A stretch of DNA of 64,000 nt from Malacoraja senta (lineage: Eukaryota). Where the stretch lies: contig CM075977.1 in the NCBI GenBank assembly GCA_038087875.1, positions 54,808,001 to 54,872,000 of the forward strand, read 5' to 3'. This document shows positions 12,169-25,229 of the stretch, piece by piece. How positions within the stretch are numbered: position 1 is the first letter of the stretch; every line of letters starts with the position of its first letter. The translations under genes were made by a program, and so were the position numbers. Below the pieces are notes generated by a model, which worked only from the letters and a program-made list of their open reading frames with translations, did not search any database and was not told where the DNA came from.

Positions 12169-12720
12169 TCTGCGCAGGACTCGCAGCTTTCTGTAGATCT
12201 GGTGAAACAGCTGAAGCTCCCACAGCATATTGCCACAACCACCCCGAGGCCAGACATCCTCCTGGTCTCAGTGGCGACCAAAAACATTGTCTTGTTGGAA
12301 CTGACAGGGCCGTGGGAGGACTGCCTGGAGGAGGCCCACGAGAGGAAGATGACCAAGTATGAAGAGCTGGTCATAGACTGCCGTAAGCAGGGCTGGAAGG
12401 CAAGGTGTATGCCCATCGAGGTTGGCTGCAGAGGTTTTGCAGGGCAATCGCTCTACAAAGCCTCGAGTGCACTGGGCATCAATGAAATGGAGAGAAGAGC
12501 CAACAAGAACGCCACAGAGGCAGCGGAGAAGGCCTCGAGATGGCTCTGGATCAGGAGAGAAGGTCCATGGGGAGGAGTGAATGCCACCTGAACACAAGTC
12601 GTGGTCTGATCAACCACGGCAGGGTCGCCTGGGTGAGGGTGTCTGATGTTGAAAGACCCGAAACACCCAATGACCCAGGTTACATCACTGATGATGTGTT
12701 CAGGAGCATCAATAGATGTA
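12169..12720 (+). mobile_element. 5'-truncated RLE-type non-LTR retrotransposon (HERO/NeSL-like), endonuclease C-terminus plus 3' UTR
   Basis: ORF 12202-12591 with RPDILL...LLELTGPWE...ERKMTKYEEL...PIEVGCRGF (PD..E-x-T/K RLE signature). Confidence 0.85.
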
Positions 12721-13397
12721 TTTTTATCAAAGTTAAATATCAGGGTTGGTGGCAAGTTACCATGTTTGCGCTTAACTATTGCACTTTCTGGATAGAGCAG
12801 ATTTGATCTTTGGCAGCAAACATCTTCACTGTGATGGGAAGTCCTGTGACATGCGTCTAAAAAGGAGTGCAATCAGAACAAGCCCATCCACAAGAAAAAC
12901 TTCTACAAAACTTTGAATTCTTTTGAACGTTTCCGCTATTCAAAACACTCAAACTGATACAAATTATTAACATTTCCACAACTTAAACAATCTCCCCTTA
13001 CTTAATCAATTAGAGAAACAACTCAACATGATACATTAGTATCATGTATCATGATACCTTGTGTCTGTTCCTATCCATTGAAGAGAATAAACTATGTTCC
13101 TGCATCTGGTTCAATATGTCAAGGGTTACCTGGGCAGACTGTCCATTTAATGCTGGACAATTGCTGGAAATTCTTACTATTGCATTGGATGCCATAAAAT
13201 CAACAGCCAGAGATGAATCAGAAAATCAGCAATGACTTGCGGTCAGAGGTTCCGGATCTCAGCATTCACAAACACATATGCACAGACATTCTGAACTTGC
13301 TGGCAGTCACAGTGGGAAATGACAGCAGTTCCAAGCAGACTTGACAACATTTCATTGCAAAGTCCAGGGCAAATATTTGCTGCATAGAATGCATTAA

Positions 13398-14010
13398 CGG
13401 CCTGTCCCACTTACGCGACTTTTCAGCAACTGTCTTCTACCTTGAAGCTCAGGCTGGATCGACCACACACAGCAAAGGCGGGGGCCAGGGAAAGCGGGGG
13501 AGCGCTGTTTGAAATTCACATGGTGCAAAGCCAAGGTGATACCCGCGATGAACAGGAAGGTAAAAGACGGCTGGCACAGTGTACGGTAAGTTATTTAAAA
13601 GAGCGGGGGGGGGGGGGGGGGGAGAAGGGGGAGTGGAGAGGGGGTGGAGAAGAAGTGGGAAGGAGTGGAGACATTTTTAAGAAGCCAGACAACTTTTAAT
13701 AAAGTTTAGCGGGCATTTAACATTACCGGTCGGTTTTCCTTGGTTCTGAAAACTCGTGCTTACATTTTTTCCCCCCAATGAGCCAATTAAAATGTCCAGT
13801 CAGCAAAGGTGATTGCCTACGGCTACCTCGACTACCTATAACTACATGGCGATCCCATTACCACTGCACTACAAATTCAAAAGAACCCTGCCGACCAATT
13901 TTTACTTGCGGAAAAATTTTCAGTATATTGAAATGTTTTCCTTGACCAAACTGAGGCTGCGAGTATGCAGGAACTTCACTCGAGCATGAAGGAGAGTTAC
14001 AGTGACCTCC
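13398..14010. mobile_element. Truncated non-autonomous DNA transposon, possibly PIF/Harbinger-like
   Basis: Starts TAA|cggcctgtcccactta; GC-richer block in an AT-rich intron; matching right TIR not found. Confidence 0.4.
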
Positions 14011-14780
14011 GTTTCAACCAAAATACAAGAGTCTGAGCAGCAAAATAATTTTGCTTCAAAAATGAAAATGTAATTAATTGGGATACATAAATAATTTGAC
14101 TCTCGAGTCATGTGGTTGGGGAATTGAATTACATTATAGAGATTGAAGAATGGAACCTTGGCTAAAACTCCAATGCAGTACACTGAGTGTTAAATGGCGT
14201 TTTCTGGGTGAATCATTAAATCATTGGCCCTTTTGCCGTCTCAAGTGGACACAAAATATCACATGGCACCATTTCTAAGAACAGCTCTCCCCAGCGACTA
14301 TTGCCAGAAATTGTACAGATTATCAATTCAATATCGGATTGCTGCTATAGTGAAATCTTGCTCGGTAAAATCTGGTTGCCATGTTTCCTATGTAGTATTT
14401 ACACTTGAAAGAATACTTCAATGATGACCAAGTACTTGTGGATGTCATGAAAAACCTTGGATCCAAAATTGGCGCAGCTGCAGGAAATAAAGGGCAATGT
14501 TTGATGAGTATTTTTGTGACTAGTTTATTACCAGAAGAGCTCCTGGGGGAAATGTTCTCAGATACATGCTTTTTGTAATTTATAATTTATGCAAGCTCAT
14601 TCACGTGTCCTATTTCATGTTGTACTGCCATGCTTGTTCATTTAAGGTTACATTTGTTTATTTTCCGCATAGTCGTTGCAATCTCAGAATCAAGGACACC
14701 GCTTCCACTGTAATTTTGTAATTTCCGAATTAATTCAAAGCCAATGCAAGACAAGTTGCCCAACATAGTGATCAGGTGAT

Positions 14781-14940
14781 AGACATAAAGTGCTGGAGAA
14801 GTCTTCAGTCTGAAGGGTCCCGACCCGAAACGTCACCCATCCTATTTGCTCCAGAGATCCTGCCTGACCCGCTGAGTTACTCCAGCACTTTGTGTCTACC
14901 TTTGGTATAAACCAGCATCTGCAGTTCCTTGCTTCTACAG
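14781..14940 (+). mobile_element. Penelope-like palindromic element, left arm truncated; partial hammerhead core 14810-14834
   Basis: ctgaagggtcccgacccgaaacgtc followed by the family arm; agacataaagtgctggag / ctccagcactttgtgtct inverted ends. Confidence 0.6.
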
Positions 14941-15444
14941 AATGACCAGGTGGACAGATTATGAGAATCTGTGCTCCTTTGTCTGTTTATGCACGTCTTC
15001 TGTGCTCAAATTCTCATTACTTTTCCAACTTTGGGCGAGGGATTCCCAAACGGCAAAAGATGCTGCATTTTATTACAGGAAGGCTTTAAGCAGATCAATG
15101 AATCATTCCGAATGCTATTTCCTCCCCCAATTTTATTTTGTAACAACGTTACTTCACTGCATTTGGAAAATATATTTTGCAATCTGCACCCAATGTTGCT
15201 ATTATATGCAGAAAATAGCATGACTATTTCAATCAAATGTTGCGTGGCAATTTGGTAGCACGTGGAAAGGAGTCAGTATATTCACCCACAACTGGCAGTG
15301 GTGGATCCACTGCTATTGGTGTCACAGACAGAGTAAGTGCTCAGCTCACTGAAAATCTAACCTGATTTTCTAAAACTCCAAAAGATCATTAGGTGAAAAC
15401 TCAAATTACAATGTTAACATCTAGTCAAATTAATGAATGCTTGT

Positions 15445-16110
15445 ATTTGTACTGCAGGCAGTGAAGAAAGCTGATGGCATGTTGGCCTTCATAACAAGAG
15501 GATTTGAGTATAGGAGTAAAGAGGTCCTTCTGCAGTTGTACAGGGCCCTGGTGAGACCACATCTGGAGTATTGTGTGCAGTTTTGGTCTCCTAATTTGAG
15601 GAAGGACATCCTTGCTATTGAGGCAGTGCAGTGTAGGTTCATGAGGTTAATCCCTTGACTGTCATATGAGGAAAGATTGGAAAGACTGGGCTTGTAGTCA
15701 CTGGAATTTAGAAGGATGAGAGGGGATCTTATAGATACATATAAAATTATAAAAGGACTGGACAAGTTAGATGCAGGAAAAATGTTCCCAATGTTGGTGG
15801 AGTCCAGAACCAGGGGCCACAGTCTAAGAATAAAGGGGAGGACATTTAAAACTGAGATAAGAAAAAAATGTTTTCACCCAGAGTTGTGCATTTGTGGAAT
15901 TCTTGCCACAGAAGGCAGTGGAAGCCAATTCACTGGATGCATTTCAAAGAGAGTTAGATAGAGCTCTTGGGGGTAGCGAAATCAAGGGGTATGGGGAGAA
16001 GGCATGCAAGGATTACTGATTGTGGATTATCAGCCATGATCACAATAAATGGCGGTGCTGGCTCGAAGGGCTGAATGGCCGCCACCTGCACCTATTTTCT
16101 ATGTTTCTGT
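15445..16110 (+). mobile_element. CR1 LINE 3' fragment
   Basis: LYRALVRPHLEYCVQFWSP and MRGDLI; HER1-type tail ending ctattttctatgtttct. Confidence 0.9.
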
Positions 16111-17868
16111 CTCAGAAATATGCTTCTACATACAAGTGCCGAGGAGTCTAGAATAACAGGAGCTGGCAGGATCTTTGCCAGGATTTAACAGGATCTTTCT
16201 GTACATTGAACTCCATGTCAGGGCAGGTCATAAAGACTGCCCCTGCATGGGGCCTTTCAACTTTTTACATAGGTTTCTGAATTCTATCACTCCAAATGAT
16301 ATTGTTACCCTTCATGATTTTGAATATGTGAAACAAGACTTCAGAAATCTTCAGTAGTGGCATCAACATTCTAACAACAAAGGAAAAGAACAAGCATTTT
16401 TCACTGCATTTTTGAAGAGGGGCTCCTGGGTGCTTTCTACATGCAGGTTTATATTTTCCCTAAGTTAATTGCACACACATACTTAACTCAAACACATCAC
16501 ATACATACAAAGTCAGAAACCAAGTGTTGATTGACAAGAGCAAAGGTTCAAATATTTTCACTTCACCTCAGCTCCTAGACTCTCCGCTACTGTGATAAGC
16601 TTTCAGGTATTGATTAGCGATCAAAAACCTTTAAATAATAATGCAGTCTTCATAAATTGTTATCCTTCCTGTTAGATTCTCTTCTTCACTGAAGAGCAAT
16701 GGTGAGCCAAATTATCAATGGGGTTGAGTGGAAAGAATAGAGCCTCAATGACAAATTCAGCAATGCCAGTTACCGATTCACTTAACTGGAGGACTACAAT
16801 GAACTAGAATAAACTGCATCCACAGTCCTTCCACGGTTGTTAAATTAGCACCAACTATAAACTAGTTTCTAATGCAATTCTTTTTCACAAAAAGGATTGT
16901 GACAAATCAGTATAGAAATGCAATTCGCCATAAGATGCTGGGAAATATATCTAAACATAATCAAAGACGTGAACCACAATTAACCCTGCTACTCTCCCAA
17001 ATGGAGTTAATCGATGTAGACTCCATTTCTAAGAACAATCCCCACTGTAGGCTCTACGTTACAATCAAGGCATGCTTCATAACTGGGAATGAACCCCTCT
17101 TTCCTCAATGCTCACTCGTCTCATGTATGTTTCCCAACAGGGATTTGTAGTACAAAGTAGACAATTGCTCTTCCCTAAAGTAATGTCAAACCCAATCAAA
17201 CAGCCCCACAACTGCAGAAATCAAGATCAATTAACACAACACAGACCAGAACTTAAAGCTAGAGAAAAGAGACTGCAGATGCTGGAATCTAAAGCAGCAA
17301 AAAAACTACTACTGAAGGAACTCAGCAGGCAAGTAGTATCTTTGGAGAGGGGAAAAGGAATTATCGATGTTTCGGGTTGAGACCGCACATTTGAGAACAT
17401 AAATATGCCTTCTTATAATTACTCAGTACCACCCATACAGTTACCCATTTGATAAATGCATAATGTAAAATAGAAACAGTGCTTATGTTTATGGTTTGGC
17501 AACAAAGAGTATATCAGATTTTATGGTAATAGATCATGTGCAATAAGCTATTTATGAAAAATATTATATTTGGGTGTTTTAAATACAAATAAGTACTTTA
17601 TAAGTAGGCTTTATCTTAACCATGCAATACCCAAATAATTCTGTACACCCTATTCCCCACAAAAGCCCCCAAATAAGGATTAATTTTATAGCCCTTATGG
17701 ATGTTAAATTAACTCTAACATAGCCATCTAACATGATTCAGAATTTTGGGGTATAAAATTTGCTCATTGAAACAGAAATATTAATTTACAGAAGATTAAA
17801 ATAGAGATTAAAATAGAGGATAAATAGTTCCGAGATTTTCTGCATAAATGCACTTCTCCACATCATAC

Positions 17869-17998
17869 CTGTTAAATGTGTTCTCACTAGCAATGTACTT
17901 ATCCAGTCGGCCCAACGGTGTTAGCATCTCGTCTTGAGAGACAAAATCCAAGGCTGAAGGTATAATAAGGACATCAGACTCTGAGCTGTAGTCATCAA
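17869..17998 (-). CDS. PPP4R1: PPP4R1 exon 3 (FDDYSSESDVLIIPSALDFVSQDEMLTPLGRLDKYIASENTFNR)
   Basis: gccag|TTGATGAC...TTTAACAG|gtatga, 130 nt, phase 1 to 2; strongly conserved peptide. Confidence 0.96.
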
Positions 17999-18659
17999 CT
18001 GGCAGAGACATCAGAAATGTTATTTGCAATTGCAACCTGTTTAATTTGTCAATTTGAATGATTCCTTATATACAGTGCTGATAAACAGGAAAATCTACAT
18101 TAAGTTATAAACCATCTGCCTATTCACAGTAGATATAGAAACTCAAGGGGCTACATGCTGTAAAGCAGTGTTGGCTTCTATCCCTTCTCCACCTTGATAA
18201 ACTCAACATAAATGTGGAGACACACATGACTGCATATGTTGGAAAATGGAGCAAAAAACAAATTGCTGGTGGAAATCAACAGGTTGAGTCGGGAGTAAGT
18301 AACCATTGATGTTTCAAGACCCTGCATTAAGACTGATGGTAGAGGGAGGATAGCCAGTATAAAGAGAGTGTGAGGTGACAGGTGGTTCAATGGTGCTTTT
18401 ATTGTCACATGAAATAATTTTAGTTTTGTTTAGAGATACAGCACATAAACAGAACCTTCGGCCCACCTAGTCCGCGCCAACTAGTTTGTTTTACGCTCGT
18501 TTAAAATATCTTTAATGACTTCATGAAGCCATTTATATAATCGGCTTGATTACAGAGGAATTTGAAGGCTCACTGAAAGGTTCAGTAAGCTTGTTCCAAG
18601 ACTCAATAAATAATCTAAATAGAAAGATACTTCCGGAAAGAAAAGCAGAGGGACTACAC

Positions 18660-19350
18660 ACTCGCCTTCACTGAGGGATGGTGGCAGAGAGAGTCAACAG
18701 CTTCAGGATTTTAGGCACACATATATCTGAAGATCTGTGCTGGGCCAAGTTCATTAATGCAATCACAAAGCAAGGTCACTAACGCCTCTACTTCCCTCAA
18801 AAGTTTGAGGATATTCAGCATATCATCGAACATGCTATAGAATGTCTACGAGTGTAAGGTGGAGAGAATACTGACTGGTTGCATCAGGGCTTAGCTCGGA
18901 AACTCAAACATTCAACAGCAAAGGAGTTAGCATAACGTGAGGGACGTTGCCTGATCCTTCATGGATACTGACCTCCCCACCATCGAAGGGATCTACACGT
19001 AGCAGTGCCTCAAAAAGGCAGCTAATATCGAAGACATACACCACCCTAGTCAATACGTTCTTCGCGCTGCTACCATCGGGATGTTGTTACAGGAGCCCAA
19101 TAACCTTTAGCCCCAGGATCAAGACAGCTTCTTCCAATCAACCATCAGGTTCTTGAACCACCCTGCACAAGCCTAACAACAACCCTTCGAACTACTATGG
19201 ACTTTCCAAGACTATAGTTACTCTATTATACTTTTGAACCATGATCCAGTTTACTTAGAGTAACTGATAATGTATCGTATTGATTGGTGTTATTGCATCT
19301 AATGTGGCTTTAAAGCTGTAGCAAGTGAGAATTTCATTATTCCAGTTCAC
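18660..19350 (+). mobile_element. Old Rex1/L2-like LINE 3' fragment
   Basis: Decayed homology to the RT C-terminus of the element at 35100-35560 (gtcaacagcttc..., cgcctctacttc..., caccccaccc-type motifs). Confidence 0.6.
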
Positions 19351-20164
19351 ATCCATTGCAACTGCAATAACCTGATTACTATCCAGTAACTGGATGGGTG
19401 CCAGGTTAAGAGTAGGATGAGGCAATACTTCATGTTAAACAGCTTGCCAACATTAATCATACATGACCTTGAAGAGTCTGAGAGAATGCCAAAGGTCTGA
19501 AAAAAAGGGTGTGAAATTCCCGTCTCAGCCAAGGTAGAGAGGGATCGGATTTTCAGTTTAGAGAAGTTGGCTAAGGAGCTGCAGACCTAACTTTTATCTC
19601 ATTCAAATGTTTCTATTGTATTGTCAAGAATGTAGCCTTCAACATTGAATAGAGGGGATAATAGGTATAACAGCAATTCTACCCCTTATGCCTGGAGATC
19701 GGATAACAATTCCAATAAAGAAAACTTTCACGTTATATCAATAACATACAAGCAATTTAGCATGTCAAATCATCCCAGAACACACCGTAAAACTTTCTAC
19801 AGGTAACCTATCTCTCTCCAACTACATTGCAGAACAAAAATCTCCCTGGCAGCAAAACCATCAGTTTATTGGTAGATCCAAGCAACAAAAAGTCATCTGA
19901 CAAATGTCCCATGTATATCAATATCAATATTGATATAGAGGGACGATAATCAGAGCCAGCTGGATGCATAATAGAATTCAATTGGTGTTCTCTATTGACT
20001 CAAACATGTAGGAAATGCCCATGATCCGTAGAAAAACAGCATTGGAATTTCAATGTCTCTTACATCCTTCATCATCGAATGTGTAGTGCCTTCAGGAAGA
20101 GTTAAAAGACACAAAAGACATAAAGAAAGCAAACTCATAAAAGACAAAGAAAGCATGTATTTCA

Positions 20165-20955
20165 AGAGGGCCTGTATACAAAAACAGGGATATAACGCTG
20201 AGGCTCAATAAGGGGCTGGTAAGGCCGCATTTGGAATATTGTGAGCAATTTTAGGCATCAATTGAGGTAGGATGTGCTGGCTCTGGAGAGGGCCCAGAGG
20301 AGATTTACAAGAATGATCCCAGGAATGAGTACTTCTACTCAGGGGCTGTAGAAAACATCTTGTCCGGCAACATCACAATCTGGTTTGGGAACTGCTCTGC
20401 CCAGGACAAGAAGGCTCCTAATATGTAAATACTGATTCTGTTCTATTCTGTTCTGTAGGTTTTTTTGCACAATCCGCAGGCATTGCCACTTTCATTTCAC
20501 TGCACATCTTGTATGTGTATTTGACAAATAAACTTGACTTGACTTGAGTAGGTTAACTTATGATGAGCGTTTGTCAGCACTAGGCTTGCACTCGCTGGAA
20601 GGGGGACCTCATTGAAACATAAATAGTGAAAGGCTTGGATAGAGTGGATGTGGAGAGGATGTTTCCACTAGTGGGAATCTCGGACTAGAGGTCATAGCCT
20701 CAGAATTAAAGGACATTGTTTTAATCAGAGAGTGGTGTATCTGTGGAATTCTTTGCCAAAGAAGGTTGTGGAGACCAAGTCAGTGGATATTTTTAAGGCA
20801 GAGATAGATTCTTGATTAGTACAGGTGTCCGAGGTTATGTATAGAAGGTAGGAGAATGGGGTTAGGAGGGAGATAGATCAACCATGACTGAATGGCAGAG
20901 TAAACTTGATGGGCCAAATGGCCTAATTCTTTTCCTATCACATAACCTTATGACC
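20165..20955 (+). mobile_element. CR1 3' fragment with a nested Rex1-like 3' fragment (~20330-20546, tail aataaacttgacttgacttga)
   Basis: ctggtaaggccgcatttggaatattgtg CR1 motif; the CR1 resumes after the (cttga)n tail. Confidence 0.75.
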
Positions 20956-23014
20956 AAATGCTACAATCTTAAAACTGCACCCTAAAACGTTACAATAGAT
21001 CCCGATTGATCATCAAAATGGCTGGTTTTTTCACTTTTAAGTGAAGCCAACAATTAAAAATGCTGTCTTGAATATTTTCCCAATCTGTTTTTGTACCCCT
21101 TTTTCCCCCAAATGTCCATTAAAATGTAGAAGATTTTTATTTGAATAAGTTGTTATCATGCCATTGTAGTTGCTGACTACATCATCCCAAGATATTTCAA
21201 AGTGACTTTATTAGGGCAATGGGTGGCTTGGAAAGTTAATTGCCAATAGGAAATGCTTGAATTGCAATTGTGATGAAAGCCTTTCATAGATTTAAATCCA
21301 GTTTGTCCATGTCATTCCTAAAGCTATCTCACAATCATCAATGAGAACTCAAGTTGGGACTAAATGCACAATTGAGAGACAACAGTCTACACATCTACTG
21401 TCAAGAGAAATCTGTCCATGCAATGAAGCAATTTTGCTTGTGCTGATCTGTACTTTATACCATGTCCATCTCATATATCAAAACTGAAAAGTTTCAGGTA
21501 TTCATGCAAAAAACATGCTTTCACATAGATCTAGAGACAGAAATTGCCAGACTACAAATACTAGGTTCACAGAATGATATCCTGAAATTATTCCACAAAG
21601 CACATATGCAGTATAACACAAGTCATCCTCCTTTCCCATATCTACCTAGAAAGGAGGGATTCTAATATATAGGCAATTTCCTTCATTGCATGCTGCTCTC
21701 CCATATATTTCAAATTGATACTCGGTTTAAGAAATTCTATCCATCATCTCTGGTAAAAGTTGAAAAACAGGTGAAATATTTCAGGATTCTGCCAATGCCA
21801 CTTGAAGGTGTGGTGTGCAAAACAAGATCGTCAACTATATCCAAGTTATCCACACTTTTGCAATTTACAATGCCTCCCCCAAAATGGCCCAGCTGATAAC
21901 AGGAAATCACCAGGAGAGAAAAATCTGATGCAAATCTGAGGTCCACTGATTCACAAGCTCGTACAACAAAGATTAATTCTACAGCACTTCCACAAGGTTT
22001 ATAAATATTTAGCAAGCTTTTAAAGTGTTAAATATATGACATATTATAACACCTGTATTTGTACATTAAATTCAAAAATGCTTCTGTGGATAACATACAA
22101 AAATACTCATTCCATCTACCATCTTTCATGTAACAATTAGGTTGATAGAAAACAAATTAGATAGACCTTGGCCATCTTTTGGTCCAACAACTGTATTCCT
22201 ATACATTTATTTTAACAACTATTAGTTGCTTCAGACATTGCCTGTATATACAGGCAAAGTTACATTGGCCACTGAAGATGCACAGATCATGACACCAATG
22301 CAATTCACTAAAAAAAGTTCCATGCAAATAAATACTACCCATTATCAAAAATAAATGCACACAAAACATAAGATCTCCAACTATACACTGTCCTCATTTT
22401 CCACGGATCTGTGTACTCGCAACATTGACCTTTGTAAAGCATTAATTAAAAATAAATATAGTGCATTCATTCAGAATTCTCTCCTATCATATCCAGTGAA
22501 TCCTGTTTGCTTTGAGACAGGTTGCTTTTGATGTCTTGTGCTGGCAAATAATGAAATATCAATAATGTGCAGCCAGGATCGGGAACAACAGAGGTCAGGA
22601 ATGCAAGTAGGCTTGCAGTTGGAGCCAGGATCTGGAATGTGTGGCTGGAGTCAAGGTCTGAATTGGGAACACCAGGGGTCAGGGACGTATATGCATTTCA
22701 GGCTCATTCTGGAATCAGTACTATGTGCCAAGCGCACATTTCAGAGTTAGGGTCAGGACTATGGATGGGTTGCGGTTGTAGCAAAGCAGGAATATAATGC
22801 AGGCTGGTAGATTCATGGAGGGACAGGCTGCTGTATACATTGCACCCTCAATGGTAACATCAGTTGGTCTCACTACATTCATGTTTACTTTATCTGTGTG
22901 AATTTTGTTCTAACTCTCTCAAATATCAAGGACTAGTGTATTTACATTTTAGACAATCTGATTGATGAAATGTGAAAGACAATCAAAAATCAGTGATCAC
23001 TAACTAAAAGTGAT

Positions 23015-23110
23015 CACTAACAAATGGTTAATGCAGATTTCAAATTTCAAAACAAACTGCACACTAACAAATGGTTAATGCACAGATTTCAAATTTCAAA
23101 ACAAACTGCA
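23015..23110 (+). repeat. 47-bp tandem duplication
   Basis: cactaacaaatggttaatgca(ca)gatttcaaatttcaaaacaaactgca twice head-to-tail. Confidence 0.9.
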
Positions 23111-24144
23111 CTACTTTCTTACTCAATTAAAAAATAAAAAAATAAATCATTAATTCAATAATACTAATGTTTTCCTTACAGAACCGACAATTCATGCTGC
23201 TATTTTGACAGCCTATGTCAAATAATTCAAAAAAACAATTAAAGTGATCTCAACTTCCTAAATTTCTTCTGTGAATCTTGTTGGACGTTCAACCACATTG
23301 ACAACACATTCAGGTCTTTGTTTTAACAAATCAGACAGGCTACAACAAAAAAAACCTGCTACAACTGGTTACTTTTGGGCCAAAGAAGGAAGATTAATTG
23401 TGACTGGTTACCTGCTGAAAACTGGCAACAGCAGATGAGGATAGGATAAGGCCTGGTATATGATGCAGTTGGACAGCCTGCTGCCACTCACCATCCAAGT
23501 CACATATGAAAAATGGGCACGGACTAAATATTGGAGTGCACCCGTAGGTTTAACCCAGCATGGAGTCAGACAGCACGTTAAAAATAAGCGGAAGGAAGAA
23601 AAAAAAATCAACTGGATGCCAGTGGCCTGACAAGTATTTTCATTGCGCAACTCAACGCAGGCATCAAGCTGGGTTGAACCCTGCTAAAAACTTACACTCC
23701 ACCAAACATTTTCCAACAGGAAGACAATGTGATAACAGACAACTTCAGCTGACTTTATATTCAAAATGACCCACTTAACACAAACCTAAGTAACACTTAT
23801 TATAAATACATATTTCCTAATTCCTTGTACTTCAGCTCCTCTCCTTCTGCCAACTACATTCCCTTCAAAACAATAAACCCAAACACTTGAAGCATTTTCA
23901 AAAAGTGACAACGTCTCGACACCTCTGCCCGCTCGCACTGTGTCTGACAACGTGAATCTTATTCAGCAGGCAACCGGTCGGGTGGTATTTGTTTTTAGGG
24001 CGTTTTCGAGTTTATTTTCCGCTCCAGCTCGGAGTCGCCGCTGGCAGCTGAAGTCAAACCCATTTTTGGCAGGGTGTGTGTGGAGGGAAGAGCCCGAGAC
24101 GATGGCTCAGGAGAGCCCGGGGAGTGGCCTTCAACATAGATTTA

Positions 24145-24268
24145 AAAAATAGGTGCAGGAGTAGGTCATTCGGCCCTTCGAGCCAGCACCACCATTCAAT
24201 GTGATCATGGCTGATCATCTAAAATCAGTACCATGATCCTGCTTTTTCCCCATATCCCTTGATTCAAC
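24145..24268 (-). mobile_element. CR1/HER1 3' tail fragment
   Basis: ggtgcaggagtaggtcattcggcccttcgagccagcaccaccattcaatgtgatcatggctgatcatc. Confidence 0.8.
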
Positions 24269-24741
24269 CAAGGTGAAGGCTCGGCCTCTCGGGCCGGGGG
24301 GCTCGGGACAGGAGGGAAGGGTCGGGGAGGGGGCAAGGAGCGGCCTTCGGGCCCGAGGAGGAAACGGGTCGACCCATCGGGCCAGGAGGGGAAGGGTCGG
24401 GGGCAATGAGCGGCCTTCAGGCCTGGGTAGTGGAGTGGCCGGGGGTCGATCCCTCAGGTCGTGGAGGGCCCCGGGAAAGGACTTCCTTCGGACTCGGGAG
24501 GGAAGGTGGGGAGAGAGAAGGAGGGGTGGAGAGACAGGGCGACCCTCGGCAAGAAGGGGTCGAGCAAGCAAGGGGGGACCCGGTGGTGGAAATAGGAAAG
24601 GAAAGGTCGGCCCTCGGCCTTGTGACTCCCACCTGCAGTCCCTGGATCCCAACATAGGCCAAACCCCAAAGGCCAAACCCCAACCCCCAAACCCCGGCCC
24701 CCAACCCTCGGATCCCGCCCCTGATCTCCGGCCCCACTCAC

Positions 24742-24786
24742 ATCCGTCCAGATCCTCCTGCAGCTCCTCCTGCACCAGCGACAAAT
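24742..24786 (-). CDS. PPP4R1: PPP4R1 exon 2 (DLSLVQEELQEDLDG)
   Basis: ttgcag|ATTTGTCG...GACGGAT|gtgagt, 45 nt; resembles the vertebrate PPP4R1 N-terminus MADLSLLQEDLQED. Confidence 0.93.
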
Positions 24787-25068
24787 CTGCAACAAATTGG
24801 GTGGAAAACAAAATCATTTCAAAAACCGAGCCCGAAACCAATAAGAGATTTTAGGAATTAAAAACTCCAGAAAATTTCACAACTAAGTTTTTTTTGTCCT
24901 CTATGAGGTTTTTTTTAAACTTTATTTAAAAAATGACAACATAGAGTTGTAGATTTTAAAAATAAAATAAAACTGCAATTATTGCATGCGAGGTGGGGGC
25001 GAACGGATGGTTTCTACGGCGGTGTAAAGATTAATTAAATAAATAAAGAGGAGCCAGCTCTCCCCTAC

Positions 25069-25075
25069 CCGCCAT
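25069..25075 (-). CDS. PPP4R1: PPP4R1 coding exon 1 (ATG GCG G)
   Basis: Minus strand gcaagATGGCGG|gtaggg within a CpG island; joins exon 2 in phase 1 to give MAD. Confidence 0.88.
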
Positions 25076-25229
25076 CTTGCCCCCCTGGTCCTACATTTAA
25101 AACCCTCCCCGAGCCCGGGCTCTGCACACCAACGGCCGCGTCTCCGCCAGGACTGACCGGACGGCGCGCATTGTGCATGAGAAATGGTCCTATCTCCTGA
25201 AGCTGGTGGCATATCGACGCAGATGGATA

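Larger units (their letters stand above)
24270..25185 (-). promoter_or_regulatory. CpG island / PPP4R1 promoter and first exons; YY1-like motif AAGATGGCGG overlapping the start codon
   Basis: GC- and CpG-rich stretches (24270-24790, 25040-25185) in AT-rich surroundings, enclosing exons 1-2; ccgccatctt at 25069-25078. Confidence 0.75.

Noticed and set aside
12630-12705. Hammerhead-like words (ctgatg...cgaaac, ctgatga) in the HERO-like 3' UTR
   Set aside because: The first core reads CUGAUGU rather than CUGANGA, and no consistent three-stem junction could be built; simple hairpins explain the pattern.
13130-13146. Possible alternative first exon ATG GAC AGT CTG CCC AG|gtaacc, phase-compatible with exon 4
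   Set aside because: Weak Kozak context, an upstream out-of-frame ATG and no promoter evidence; could be chance without RNA-seq support.
22565-22800. Degenerate internal repeat (gggtcagg / ccaggatc motifs)
   Set aside because: Too diverged to define a unit or assign to a family.
24215-24854. Long overlapping ORFs on both strands
   Set aside because: GC-rich CpG-island artefacts; only the 45-nt exon 2 is supported.
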